Assembly: GCA_024704765.1 (NCBI GenBank)
Contig: JAKMXF010000364.1
Span: 70,707 to 134,706 of the forward strand
Direction: 5' to 3'
DNA: 64,000 nt
Origin: Oopsacas minuta
Lineage: Eukaryota; Animalia; Porifera
Shown in pieces: positions 35,128 to 49,600 of the stretch. The notes under the pieces are model-generated. The model worked only from the letters and a program-made list of their open reading frames with translations. It was not told the DNA's origin and searched no databases. Positions within the stretch are counted from its first letter, which is position 1; each line of letters opens with the position of its first letter. The translations under genes and the position numbers were made by a program.

Positions 35128-38100
35128 TTTCAGTGATTATTATCATTTGCATACACGTTTTTATAAGGAACCTATGCAAATATTTGCTAAAATTCAGGAA
35201 TTCTTAGGGTCTTCTCAGCTCTAGATTATTTGATATGTTTAAGTGCACATGAACAACTTTGATTAATTCAACTTCGTCTGTTTCTTCCTCGGGCCTCATT
35301 GAAGTTAATTTATAATTAAGTAAATACTCAAGTAACTGAATACTGTGAATAGTTATCAAAGAATCGAAAGTAGCAAAATTGAATTGAGAAATAATTCAGG
35401 CTGAAACTCAATGGTAATTAATGTTCACTCATACATGGAAAACAATTTATATTTCAACTCTACCTACAACATAATTGAATTTGTTAAAATGGAAATTATT
35501 AATATCAGGCAGTAACTGAAATTTGTTCAGATCAAGAGGAGTTTCTCCTTGATTGATTTCCTAAATTTTCGCTCGATTTGGGAAAATTCAAACACCACTC
35601 AATGAAAACACCATACGATGTTACATAAGACCCATACAGTCGACTCTGATTAATTGGGACGCCGAATAATTGTGATAACCACTAAATTGAGACACTTCAG
35701 GTACCAAATCATATCCATCAAAATTACCACTAAATTTTGGTTAATCGGAGAAACTCAGGTTAATTTGGCCAAATGTATATTCTCACAAATATCTTTTCGA
35801 CCATTCTAAAAAATGGATATGAACGTCTTTGAAAATAGATTGATATTTTGAGAAATTTTGTTTTTATACTAGAAATAGGTGCATCTATCTAGCAGTTTTT
35901 CGCATATTTATATAGTATTCATAAAATCATTAGCATGGACTTCTGCTGTATGGACAATTTTTGTGTTTTATGTATGATGTTAATATAATCAAAGCTTTTT
36001 GAAATTTTTTGACTTGAAAACCGGTTTGAGTCGAGTCTTTATTAGAGTTGTGTACTAAGCACACGAATGTGATGCAACATTCTACTCCATTCTAACTATA
36101 GTAACGCATGTGGATAACTGGCAGTATCAACTGTTTGATGTAATAGGAAATGATTTGGGAACCTAAATATAGGACATGGTAACAGCTTGAGCTCTCGTAG
36201 CACTAAAATAGAACATAAAATGCTATTTGCGCCGTACTCACCAGAAGCGTGCCATGATAAATATTACTTTTGTTATAGCAATTAATTATTGCACATCTAG
36301 CACTCGTTCTGATGAGACGGAAATAATATATAAGGGGACAAAGGAAGTTGCGTTTGAAAATTAATCACAAGTAATGAAACTATTTGATTCCATTGAAAGT
36401 AAGTTTAATTCTAACATGTCAATAGAATCCCAATTCCTTTATTATATATATATAGACAGAATTTAGATATCTTGTTCTAAAAGAGCTGCCCTTCTTCGAA
36501 TAATCCCACCCTGATGGGACCTCGAAATGTATAACTATATTTGGCCCTGCGTACTATTCGAGAAATTCGTATTGAAAATTTACAATAAACCATAGTCAAT
36601 ATGACTTAATTGATGAAAGATGATATGTAACTAATTCAAGAAGTTTACTCTTCAGCAGCAGTCTTTTGTATTTAAATTTAGAAATCTCGTTTGATAGCTT
36701 GCCCAAAGTGGCACATAAAACTGACTGTTCATCACACTCCTGCATTTTTATGACATGTCTCCTCTTCTAAATGTTCAACCACACCCTAGTGCAACTTTGT
36801 GCCAATTTGATGTATTTACCCTATTTGTTTATATAATCTTCCAATGTGATGCTAACATCCCTAACTATATGAAGATGGATATGAGTCCAACTCTACACTT
36901 AACTATATTGAGGAGTTTAGCCAAACAAACCAGCGATGCTCATTTCTTGGCCCTTAATGTAATAGTAAAACTAATTCAAACCCTTATTATTAAGTTTTTA
37001 TGTACGATGCAAAGCGATCGCTTAAGCAAAGTTTGGAATCTACTAGGTGTTTAACGGGGGACCTGTCAAGCTTACATTTTTAGTCTCAAACTCCTAAGAA
37101 TCAAACCTTTTGACCGAATTTGTATTTCTGAGTCTGTTGTCCATTACAATCGAAAGTGTTGTTCTTCGGAATTGACAGAGGAATTAGTTAGACTAATTGA
37201 TACCTGTTTTCTGATATTACTCCTCTTAGTGAGTGAGAAATCTTCTGTGCACTATATCTCAGTATTGGGCTCTTAAACAGGGAGTATTGAAACTGAAATA
37301 TTACACTCAACAATTGAAGATTATTCTCTATCCGAATTTACAGAGTTGTTGTTCCCGAGCTCTTTATGTTATCCACCAATCGATTTATTTGAATGGGCCT
37401 TTGTCTATTTGTAAATTTCAAATCTCTACTAAACAGACCGTGAACAACGAATGTATTTAAGTACTTTCGTGATGTGCGCAGGTATATTTTGGTATCATAC
37501 CAGAGTCGGTCCCAAATATATATCCTATTTGTAACAAAACTCTCAAGATTGGCTATCAAATAGTATTATTCACCTACATGATCTCACTCTCAAATTATTT
37601 CAATCCAAGTTTTCTTATCTCTAGTCTTGGTCGAACTAGATTTTCCATCAAAATTGGACTGACACCGGATAAAAAGCATTAAAAACCAGCACATTTACGA
37701 AATATATTTCAGTACGATTAAATCTTAATGGATTTCATTGAAATCGTGAATATGATTTAATACGGTATATATGACGTAAATGTAGTAAGAGACGTGTGTT
37801 TTTAGACAAAATGGGCAACTAATGCACACTGGTATGACACAGCACAAATTAGATGATTGATATGCCGACCTAGTAGTCATGGTATAAATTGTATTGTAAT
37901 TCATATTTGTAACATCATGGACTCCTTCTAAGATTATAGCATGTCTAGATGTCCCGAATCCTGGCTCTCCCAATATTCAATTATAGTAACAATACAATTT
38001 CTCTTCACAATATACAATGTATAACATCTCAAATGTATTCTATACTATTCAGAGGCAATTAATCTGTATATTTATATATAAATATATATATATATGTGTG

Positions 38101-40757
38101 TATTTCCAGAATTGAATAAAGAAACTGGAAGATCTTCAGGTCTGATTTTGGGCATACAGGAATATTGTGTAACTTATCCTTTCAGTCATGTTTATATCCC
38201 ACTTGGTACATTGTGTATTTCCATTTTGAAATTTATTTGCCTATTTTGAAATGTTTATGGACGTCCAAACTTTACCTAGGAAATATTTTGAAGATTTGTA
38301 TGCTTTGTAGAGCTATCTATTGATTACTCGAATATTCTTAGTTTAAATTTACTTCCATGACTAAATTATTGAGTTAAATGTATACATTCTCAATTGTTAA
38401 GACCAGTTAGTCAGTTTGGACCTAGAACTGTATATTTAAGAATTAAGAATGTCAATATTAATCAACAAGCGTCTTTCAACACTGATTAATTTATTTCGTT
38501 TTCTACGACCTTAATACTTTTGATATCCTTCCACTTTATTGTATTCAACTTAATTTCTTCCACTAATTTTCTTCATTACAACAGTCCTACGTAAACTAGC
38601 GAAGGGCGAGGTCAATATTAGGAAATTGTCGATTCTCATATTCAATAAGAATAAGCCAAACACTCGTGCTCCTCTCTACTTAAAATAGAAACCATATCGC
38701 ATTCATTTTCAACCTGGTAGGTAACAGACCTAATTCCCGTACTGATACATTACAATTGGGTGTAGAACACTTTAGTACCAGGTTAGATTCAGATAGTATT
38801 TCCTTAAGAGTTTTGATCCTAGTGATAGTAGTAGTCAATTAGCCACAGATTTAATGTGTGTGTGCGTGTGTGTGTAGTTTGGAGTTGGAAAATCAAATAG
38901 GAAATTCATGGGCTTATTGACATCTGGTTGCGAACAACCTGAACAATATAGTTTAAGGAGTACCCTGTCTTCTCCTCCTCCTCAGACTAGGGTCACCGAT
39001 ACTCTCTTTTGGCCATACATTGATTGAGGTAAGCTTCTATGGATAGACACACTGGAATTTTAGGATCAGAATATCCACGCATTAGTGTTGAATTCATGCT
39101 ATTTATTGGTTGTCCTATGAGGACTGTAGAAAATTTAACTGCATCTATATATGTCCTGCTCATTTAATGCCTGCTATTGGCCTTCACAGTAATAAGAAAT
39201 TTAAGTTAAATATAGAAGTTTTTGTATTCTTGTAGATATCTCCTGCGTTGTACTAATATTCCTCAAATATGTTCTGTGTTTAATTCCTTGTGTTATGTGT
39301 TTGGGAGTAGATATCTAAATGAACATGTAGTAACCAATATTCAAACGTTAGAGTATTATTTTAGTTCTGATTTAAATGTTATAGATTTAATTTTAGATAA
39401 CGAGGATAGTGATATAATGATCCCATGTAGTAAAGTATAACCCTAGCGACAGTTCTCCCTTTGGCAAACATTTTTGAATTTATAGGTAAACATTGTGAAA
39501 ATTGTATCAACGCTAAATACCCTTCGTATCCTCGCTATTATCCTAACGTTCTAGAATATATTTTTCACTATCCACTCACCCACTCTCCCATCTTGGAGTG
39601 GTATTACAATAGGTCCCCAGGAGTATTTTCTTTGTATTATAGTAACGCCATTGTAGAGAACTGGATGCGTATGGTTAAATTTGTTCCTATGATTCGGAAT
39701 CAAGTTTGAGACCTAGAAATTTCATTAGAGTATTATATTCCTGGATAACTAGTAGAATTCAATATTGCTATTAATTCCTGAGTGAGTTTCAATTTGTAGA
39801 GGTCATAAGCGAATAAGAGGTATTTCAAATGAAAAATGTAGCGAAGAATGGTATAGTAAGAAGAAACAGCATTGTAGCTATTTGAAGTCAAAACATGTAT
39901 TTTCTGAATGTAATTGAGGTAAAACTAGTAAAATTGAAATAATCTCTATTTAGGGTCAAAACTTGTCTAGGTTAAGTAAGATTTGCAAATCACCAGAAAT
40001 TTAGTCCACGTTGATTCTTACTGTTGAAGAATTGATAGAGTGAGTATAATACGATATATTTCACCAAGCATTCGTTCGCCACGCACTGAATGGTAGATCG
40101 CTACCTGCATGAATAGAAACTACCTTATGGTAATAATAGGATTTCTTATCCCATAACAACTAGTACACTATATTATATAGAATTATGTGCAATTATCGTT
40201 GAAACATGTTTGTTCGATTGAGTGCTAGTTGTAATAACTTTTTGCGTACTAATTATGTTCATACTCAAGGTACTTTTATGAATAGTCAGTAATGGATAAA
40301 TAATATGTATTGGATAAGGTTGGGAAATAGGCTACTCACTTAGAGATATATGGAAGTTCGTTGTTGTTGATATAGATATTTGTGTGTTTTGGGCCCCTAC
40401 TAGAACTCATTGGGCTGGGTTTTCAGTTAACTGAGTTTTGAGCAATTACACGGATATACAACATTTTTGATGATCTTCCTTCTCTATTATTTTGCATGGT
40501 GTAGATATTTATTGGGAATAATTATGTAATTTTTTCATTCTCAAGGGTACTAAAAGTAACAAATTTCTATTTTAGTTATTTCGGTTTTTTAATTGACTAC
40601 ATGATCAAATATTTCTAAATTCAATTCTACACATCAACCTTCTCTAATTTATTTGGTTTTAATAGCTTATATGATGTAAATTGCCTCTAATAGTAGCTAT
40701 AATATAATCTGTTTTATTGCACTCGAGATTTAGTTTATCTTGTTCATTTTATTGTTT

Positions 40758-41130
40758 ATGGCTTCTCGGGTTTGTAAAAATTCTCCTGAAAAGTTTTGTT
40801 ATATTTATGGTAGGTATACTACAACTGACCAACAGCAAAATATCACAAAGGCTGTAGAACACTGTTATTTCGCATATTTTGGGTGCCATCTTGGGGATCA
40901 AGATAAGCCGTGGGCTCCACACAATGCCTGTAAGACATGCGTTGAGAACTTACGCTCGTGGTGTGCTGGGAAAAGAAATAAATTGCCGTTTGCGGTTCCA
41001 ACCATATGGAGAGAACTAGTGTGTCATCTTTCAGATTGTTATTTCTGTAAGACGAAAATTGATGGTAGCACAAAAAAGAAAAGTCCAGTATTGCGTACCC
41101 AGACGTACCGTCCGCTATTAGGCCAGTTTC
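40758..41130 (+). pseudogene. Chapaev3-type transposase N-terminal fragment
   Basis: CKNSPEKFCYIYG...YFGCHLGDQDKPWAPHNACKTC...PTIWRE...DCYFC. Confidence 0.82.
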
Positions 41131-43700
41131 ACCTTCGGAGGACCTACCTGTACCAGTTCCATTGGAAATATTGGACATTAGCAGTGACAATGATAGTAGT
41201 GGTGATACTATCATTGTCACTGCTATTGTTTGTCTGTCTGTCTTTCCGTTTATCGGTTGCTAAGGAAGCTGAAATGGAATGTGGAATTTGTATTTACAAA
41301 AATGTTTGTATCTATATATCTATGGTGTTAATCAGGAAAATATACATATTTCATGAACTTGACTAAAGGTTAGCGAATATGTTGAATCGGAATCACACTT
41401 ATGGATTTGTCATATACAAATTTAAGTTGTTTATATGAATAAAGTAAACAACTATCAATATTGTCCTAGAAATGTGGTTTCAACGGTTATTGTGGGTAAT
41501 CGGGTACGCTGATTCCGAATATCACACAAACTAATGTCAAAGCGAGGGACGAAGGCGAGTACGGACACGAAGTGTTAGAATCCGCGTTGCGCAAACAAGC
41601 GTATCGCTAGTGATAGTTAATATCAGTATGATTTGGTAAGTAATAAACATGAATGTATGTTAAATTTCATATATTTAATCGCATATTGGTGCATTCTTCC
41701 AACCAGAAAATTACAAATTCTTGACCTGTTGTGAATACATACTTAACTCATTCATAAACAGTCCCTACAAATTCTTCAATTTGAGCTATTTTATTTAATC
41801 ATCAAAACTTTTTACAATTTTGTATGTCAGTGTTATTATTGGAGCCATATTCAAATAGTTTTTATATACAGAATTAAATTAATTATAACCAGCCCCTACT
41901 ATTTCTAAATTTTGTCAATAAATGAATTTATTGGATGCAAACTAATCATTGGTCCCAATGTATGGCTACGAATATTACTTGGTGACCAACTAAATTAATG
42001 GTGAAAACTATAAATCATAATGGAATTATTATTCTTTGTGTGATTAGAATTATGAATTGCGAAACTATAATTTTTATTTTAACTTGTAACCTAAGTTGTT
42101 GATCTCATACCCCCTCATTTAACTCCTAAATTCGACATAACTTTAGCTAATCAATTATTTTGAAATGTAGTAGAATAATACACTCTAGATTATTCGAACA
42201 CCTTCGTCATATACATTCAATTTTGGTTTTCGGATGGTTGAGTTTATCACTGGGGGCTCTAATGAACACACCATCCGAAAATCAAGTTATAAAGTAGTAC
42301 AGTGCTCCAGGATGAAATGAAATTTGGACAATATTCACAAATTCATTATTCTTCCTGCTGTTCGGATCACAGAGGTGGCGAATAATCGACGATCTATTTA
42401 TTTATCATTTAAAATATGGGAGACCAATCTCCTGGAGTTAACTCTTGTTTCTCTTACCATTCTGCTCTCTATATTTCGCAATTGAAGTGTTGATCGTCTC
42501 TTCTAACGTTATATAGTCAAGACATTTTTTGCCATGCCTTCTAAGCCTGTAAAAATATTTCATAAATAGTACTACCTATTTTAGGTTTAGCCTGTTTTAT
42601 ATTTGTATTGGAAAATTCGATCTGTTTTCTTATCAGTTCACCATTCACTTCAATACAGAAAGTGATATACAAACTGTGATATTAAGTTTATGCATTATTC
42701 TTTTTGTAATAATTTTTTATTTGTTTACTCTATTCTATTCACCTAATTGGAATGTTCTCATACTGTCTCGCGTCATGGGAAATGCTATTTTTAACCAATG
42801 AATTCTATATTTAAGCTTCATTGCAATTTCTATCTATCAAAATATATTTTTGAATTGTTTAAACTATAATGTAAAGCTTTTCTTTGGTAATTGCCTAGTT
42901 GATATTTCCTAAATTGTAACAAATTATATATTATTTGACCTTTGGATGGTATATTATGGCACATATAGCATTATTACCTCAGTGTTCTGGACAAGAATTA
43001 GCTGAACGACGGCACCAATGGAGACCAATATTTTCTACCTTACATCATGTATATAATTTAAAACACTTACACAGTTTACTCATCGTTAGATAGCTCAAAA
43101 GTACTAATCACGCTCACTATATATACGGGAGTGTATAGGAAGTTGTTAGGCCGTCTTTTTGATGCTTATAAATAATCATATTCGGGACCAGGAAAGAATA
43201 GACCTTCCCCAAATCAATATGCTTCCTCTGAATATCATGAACAGCTCATAATACTCGTGACCCTTCCCTAAGGTCATTCCCAAACGACACTCTGCCTTCA
43301 CCAAATCTATCAATTCTGTTCTTGATTGTTGATTTTACACTTGCTTCAGTCATAAACTACTCTTCATAGTGCCTAACAGTGATATGTGGATTTTGAACCA
43401 GGGATGGGTACCCGATAACGAATAATTGCATGCATATGCTCTCTTTGAGATCAATATAGTGTCCAAGTGATTTTTAAGCATTCTAAATAAATTTTTTCGA
43501 TTTATTCACTGAAAATTTGCTGATTATAGTCCATACCCTTTATTGTACACACATACTATAATACAGGTAGTGATATTCTGATTCGAAAATAGATACAAAG
43601 ATAAATGTATAAAGCAATGATAATACTGCAGTAGGGGTTCATCTCAATACTTGTAATACATTGTTTCCCAACCTTTTGGGTATCGACCCTTTATCTAAAC

Positions 43701-44153
43701 CAGGGGTCGACAACTTTATTTGAGTGCGGGCTATATAAACTCTTTTCATAGATGTGCTGGCCACTAGATGACTATTTGTTGATGTACATGTATGGTAAAT
43801 ATCCACTAATTCTACAAAAGTCCTTGAAAGAATTGATGTATCTATTCAGAGTCAGTTTTCCTTTCTTGCTACTACTACTACGAATGGACATGATGGTAGG
43901 ATAGTGATGGAGTTTAATCGTTTTGTAATCTAATGAAAAATATTGTATAACAAATAAAATAAGTAGGTAATGAAAAGGGATATTTGTGCAGGAATATTTT
44001 TGTGTTGGAAATTTATGAAAGTGGTTAGCAGATTTCTAATGCTATCAATGAATATATACGTAGGTAGAATATTATGGTAATATAATAAGGTTGTAGCCCA
44101 TTCTTCGGCGGGCCATTAAAATGCTTTTGCGGGCCGCCAATTGCCGACCGCTG
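43701..44153. mobile_element. hAT-Buster MITE
   Basis: Ends caggggtcgacaac and ttgccgaccgctg, with gcgggcc subterminal motifs; TSD atctaaac/atctcaac (7/8). Confidence 0.8.
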
Positions 44154-45149
44154 ATCTCAACAATATTGAACGCAAAATGCCTAACTCTTCCCAAACGGAT
44201 GAATATATCTTGTATTGTTTTAACTTATAAATACACATACAAAAGAAGCTAGAGACTCAAACTAATAAACATGACAATCTAGAATACATAGATTCGTTAA
44301 ATTGTCACCATTGAATTGTAGTTTTGAACTTTACGTGTCCATTTCGCTTGTTCCCGTTCGCGATTGCGAACACTTCGTGTCCGCTCTCAGGCCCACGGCT
44401 TTCGAGTACATAAACTCTTAATCTCAACCTTAGCAAACATGATGGTGCTATATTCTTAATATCTACTTACTTTATGTCCCCGATAGTGAACAAATATTCA
44501 CAAAATGGTGTTTACAATAATTATATTTGGATTCAGCATACTCGATTATTCCAGTATAGTCGTTCAAAATATGATTCTACCACAATTTTGAAATTTATTT
44601 ACTTCTTTTTATCAAAACAACAATAAATTTACACATGGGGAACTTGCAAATGCGACATTCAGATTTAGTGTACTTAGTTACCCCTGGGTAGCCGTTTTGA
44701 GTTAGCCTGTAGGTGTATTTTTAGTGATTTAGATAATTTTTCCTATACATTCATAAATACAATAATATATTTACATATGATTAATCCAAAAGTGTTAAAA
44801 TCTGTTCAAAATGTTCGATATATTTAGTGAAGTATTATTGGATTCGATTTACTTCCTTTATCACCACGATAAATACATTGTTATGCGACAATTTCAGAAT
44901 TGTATACCCTAAATCCTTTCTTTGACGACGAACAGACAAACAGACCGACAACAATTGATATTTATTGCATTGATATGCTAAAACCAATTCCCAGCTACGA
45001 GTAAAAGCTTGAAGATAATTTTGCCTCTTGCACCACAATATGAACATTGTTCTCTTCATAATTGGAATATATATATATTACGATATTCATGGATAAATCA
45101 ACAATGATTCTCCTAGATTGGCCTCAAATAACTTCTCCAATTAATCGCT

Positions 45150-46632
45150 GTCACTTTCAATCTAAAGGCAAAGAAGAAACAATCGATCCTGGGACTTCTT
45201 CACACGGATATTTCGAACCTCCACGATTGATAACTCTTTGAGTTTGAACTGATATAGAGTATCGGGTTCATCGACAAGTATATCAATTTCAACAGTTAAT
45301 GAGTCTCGCCAAATACGACATATTTGACTGTGTTTTAAGTACTGATGCAGCGAATAGCCAGCAATAACGCTAATACACGAAGCACTTGTAAACTACACTT
45401 CGTGGCGGATAGATCAGAAATAGTGCTCAGGAAAGGATTTAGTTCGACTTCATTGCTTGATTCTGGATTATCTAATGACGAAAAAGATTAAATGTACTCT
45501 TGTAAGAGGTACTAGAAACAGTCTGATTGGATAATAGGCTTAAAATATCGGATACTTTGAGGCTGCGCTCTGATTCTAATATATGAAGCTAGGAGAATCC
45601 CAACGATATTAGAAGCGTTGGAATTAAGAGCAGGAGGACGTTTCACATTCTGAATCGCTACGACTGAAATTGTGGATTCATGAACAACCTTCAGGAATAA
45701 TTAACATTTTGACGTTTAAGCCTGGAAGGATTACATGATTTTGAAGTAAGACGTATATCAACTGTTACTAAGCACTATCTCTCAGAATTATGTAGCATAC
45801 GGATGTCAAGGAAAGGAGCCTGACATAGTATTTTAGAGGATACATGCATTAGCCGATAGAAATATAATTCAAATCATTATAGGAAAAGAGTCCACCATCA
45901 CATTGTTGATTTAATCAGTGATTGCGAATAGATTTCAGATTGTGTACAAGTCAAATGTGAAGAAAAGACTTCTGTATTTATCACTCGGATGTAGTACACC
46001 GGTATCCAGTTTGTGAATGGAGAAAACAATTTGAAATGTTTCACACTAAGCGGATACTTTTCGGTGGAGATAATTTCAATAAGCCACAATCTTCTAAATC
46101 ACGAATGCAAGATATTATAGTGTTTAATAACTTCTCAACAGTTACAGAAGCACATGGAAGTAGACGGCGGACGATACATGACCACTTCTTATATAAGTTG
46201 GATACAATAATAGCGAAGACACTCTTGATAGGATCATCTGTAGCTAGATTAGAAGCAAACAATCTTCCTCCTTTATGAGCAACATCTGATTTCACATGAA
46301 TTTCATCCATTTGTATAATTACATGCCTTTGTTCTGTAGATGACGCTCGTGTAGATTGCTTAAGATACGTGAAGGACTCGTTTTCGAGTCCAAATGTTGA
46401 ACATAACTTCTGTAATGATTGAAATATGGAAGATATGCCAGACATGCTTTGAGGATGATAGGCTGCTGGGAGATGGGATGTGTTTTGAGAGATAAAATCT
46501 CTGTCAGTACGTTATCTCTTCGTCTATTTTTGGTATATGACTTTCTGGAGTTGTCAAGAACAAACTGGAAGCTAAAAACCTCAGAGCAAGGAAGTATGTC
46601 ATCGCCAGATTCAGAATCGTATATCTAATCAA
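45150..46632 (-). pseudogene. P-element/THAP9-like transposase remnant
   Basis: HVIIQMDEIHVKS, KSVFAIIV...KKWSCIVRRLLP, and INRGGSKYP near 45220. Interrupted at 46632 by an hATm-type element; the locus resumes after the second TSD at 51758. Confidence 0.72.
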
Positions 46633-49600
46633 TAGGACGACCTGAAAAATGTAAAGATCTCATTTCTATGCTGGAACTATAATATTATTGTTTTGATTAT
46701 ATTAGTTAATAACTCTGCAGATTTTGAGCTTATTTGAAATACCCCTTCCTTAGCTGCTTATTCATTTTGTACCTGTCTTAATAGTGCTTACTCATGTTCA
46801 TAAGGAAATTGATTCAAATTTGATACAGGAATCCATTATACTAATTTTGTTAATTTGAATTCACCACGAAATCAAAATAAGGTAAATTACAAAATATGTA
46901 TAGTTTGGAAAGGATTGCATTAATCACATATACTGTTTAAAGCAAATAACGTAAGCAAGAACTTACAAATGAGCTGAAATTTTCCTAGAACGTTTGCACA
47001 TATCAGAACAATCATATATTATAATCCCAAAATGAAATTCACTTCATTTAGAAAAGTTATATAATGTTAAATTATGGGTGGGGATGTATTTTTGCTTATT
47101 GTCCGACTCCAAGCAAATACAACTGGTAAGCAAGAACTATTACAAATGAGCTGAAATTTTCAAAGAATGTTTGGATCCTTCCGATTCGGGACGTAAAATA
47201 GGTTTCAACTACACTAATTTTCATGCAATTAAGTCATCATCACAAAGCGGAGATGCGGAAGATGAAATTTTGGGTGCCCAATTTCCTCGCTTAGAAAGGT
47301 TCTACTGTAGTTAGAAATTATTCAAATCATTCGTTGTATATTTCTTTAAAAAATACAACTTCAAATACAATCAAACTATATTTAAGAATTGGCTTTCGGA
47401 CTTAGAGAAATGAAAACATAAATCTTGTTTCGAATCAGTTAGGGCATAAGTCTTCTTGATTTTAGTCTCTCACGGATGAATCCATCACGGTTTTCTTCAC
47501 CACAAACACTCTTAGGTGCCTCGGTCACAACTATTACTGCTCGTTCAACCGGTTGGTTGTGACACAAATAATTAGGCATGGGAAGAAGGGTAGCGTAAAT
47601 GTCTTTTAATTCGTTTTCGTCATATAGCGTATTAAAGGTGGCTCGCTGATGACATTAATATCCCAAGGTAAACAATTTGGTAATAGTTGTGCTTTAAAGT
47701 TTAATTTTTGGACTTGAAAGGTCTAATATATTTTGGCATTACTGTTTCATTAGTGCTAATAAGTTTTCCACAAATATCAACCCTTGACAAATCATCCTTA
47801 CCACCAACTGCCAAACTAAGTTGATTATCTCGCAAATCTAATAAACGTTTCACAGCTTCAATTCGTACCCTAGGTTCATCATTACATAAGATAGATAGCA
47901 AAACTTTTTCTGGATGTGAAAGGAAAGCATTTTTTTGAAAGACTTTCTTCGCTATCTCTAGTTCAGTGGGACTCAAGTATGTAAGGTGCTTAAGCATCCA
48001 CAATAAATTGTTTGGTCCGTCTGTAAATTTATAATGATTTTTACTATAAAACCAGGATTGTACATATAAGTTATTCACAATAATCATAAGTCGTTTCAAC
48101 TCGTAAATGGCTTTATTGTTAACATATACACGCGGACAATTCTACATACCAGGGTAAGCCATCTGGAATGACAAATTGGACCCGGTTCGAGTAGCTCTAG
48201 ATCCTCTGGACAATTACCTCACAAACATGCTTGGCTAATCCTATAGAGATAACTCTGATCAGTGCTAAGATCGTCTATCAGCTCTTTTGTCATCTCAGGG
48301 AACTCATTATGAATTATTGGCTCAAACTTTACTACAGGAATCTTAGAGAGGTTTTTTTCAGTGATTTGCCGATTGGGCAACTAAATGAATTCGGCCCGCT
48401 AGTTTTCCCGTCAAAATATTCAAACAAGTGTCTCAGGGGCAGTTCATTATTATGGAGCAGACAAACCGACCATTGTAATTCTCTACTAAGTATTCTTTCC
48501 AAGTTAACAATAGACCCATTCTTCCAACCTGCATTTACATTCGTACCATCACAACCTACTAATAAAATTCTCTTTCTCAATCCATTTTTTTGGAGATGGG
48601 AATATATTGATGAAGCGATATTGATTCCGTGACCAGGTTCAAGAGTTGTATGGAAAAGATGCCTACTCTTTTGATCAATCACAATAATATGTTCCTCAAC
48701 TGAAGTTTGAGTGCGACATTTACCATTGATGGCTATATTTGAAAGTGCTTTATCGTGCCTTCCATCAAAATAGATACCTGTAACATCAATTACTTCTACC
48801 ATTTCTTTGTGTTGTGTTTTATTTCTATGCTTTTGACGTGCTCTTGCCACCTTATTCTTGTCTGTCACAAGATTTTGATCCTCTGGTGTTATAAGTCCGA
48901 AATCTATTAGAGTGGCTGTAGCAATCGCAGCTGTAGCTCGATTAGAAACTCCATATCGATAGGCAGCCATAGCTATATTTGGGATTGTTTGTGTATTTCG
49001 AAGTGATAATGATTTTGACAAAGGTTTAGAATTCGTATCAACATGTTCAACATCGTTCTGAGTATCCGTTTCTTCTATATCCTCAATTTGGAAATAGTTG
49101 TACGACTCGGCTTCAACATTCTCTTTCTTTATTTTCAATTCAATTCTTTCTTTGAGGGAAATTTTCTTTGTTCTATTTTCGACAATATCGTTGAGGTGTG
49201 GATATCAATACCGCCTATGTACATCTTTCTGTGGGTTCTCTGGTCAAAGAGAAATGATAACTTTTGTCTAGGCACTTTGTGAGCACAACCACAAATGAGA
49301 TGAATCTCAACACAAAGTAAGTTATAACACTTAACATCATTGCAATTGATACGTTTACATTTGCATGAGCAAATATCAAAAAGGAAATCTAAACGGTCAG
49401 ATATAAATTCTTCATAATTCTTATGAGTTTTCTTCGTTCCTCAGGAATACAACGAATAATGTTAGTTGCTTTAGACTAGAGAGCCTTCATAAATTAACGA
49501 CACCCTTTAGATATAGTGGGTAGAGATGCACGTTTCCAAATGCCAGATCAGGAAACATTGTCTCGTCCTTCCAATCCCATCCAACTAACTGATCTGTGAC

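Noticed and set aside
37725-37990. ILGEPGFGTS as a Walker A motif of a STAND/NACHT NTPase
   Set aside because: The invariant Lys is absent and no other NTPase motif follows.
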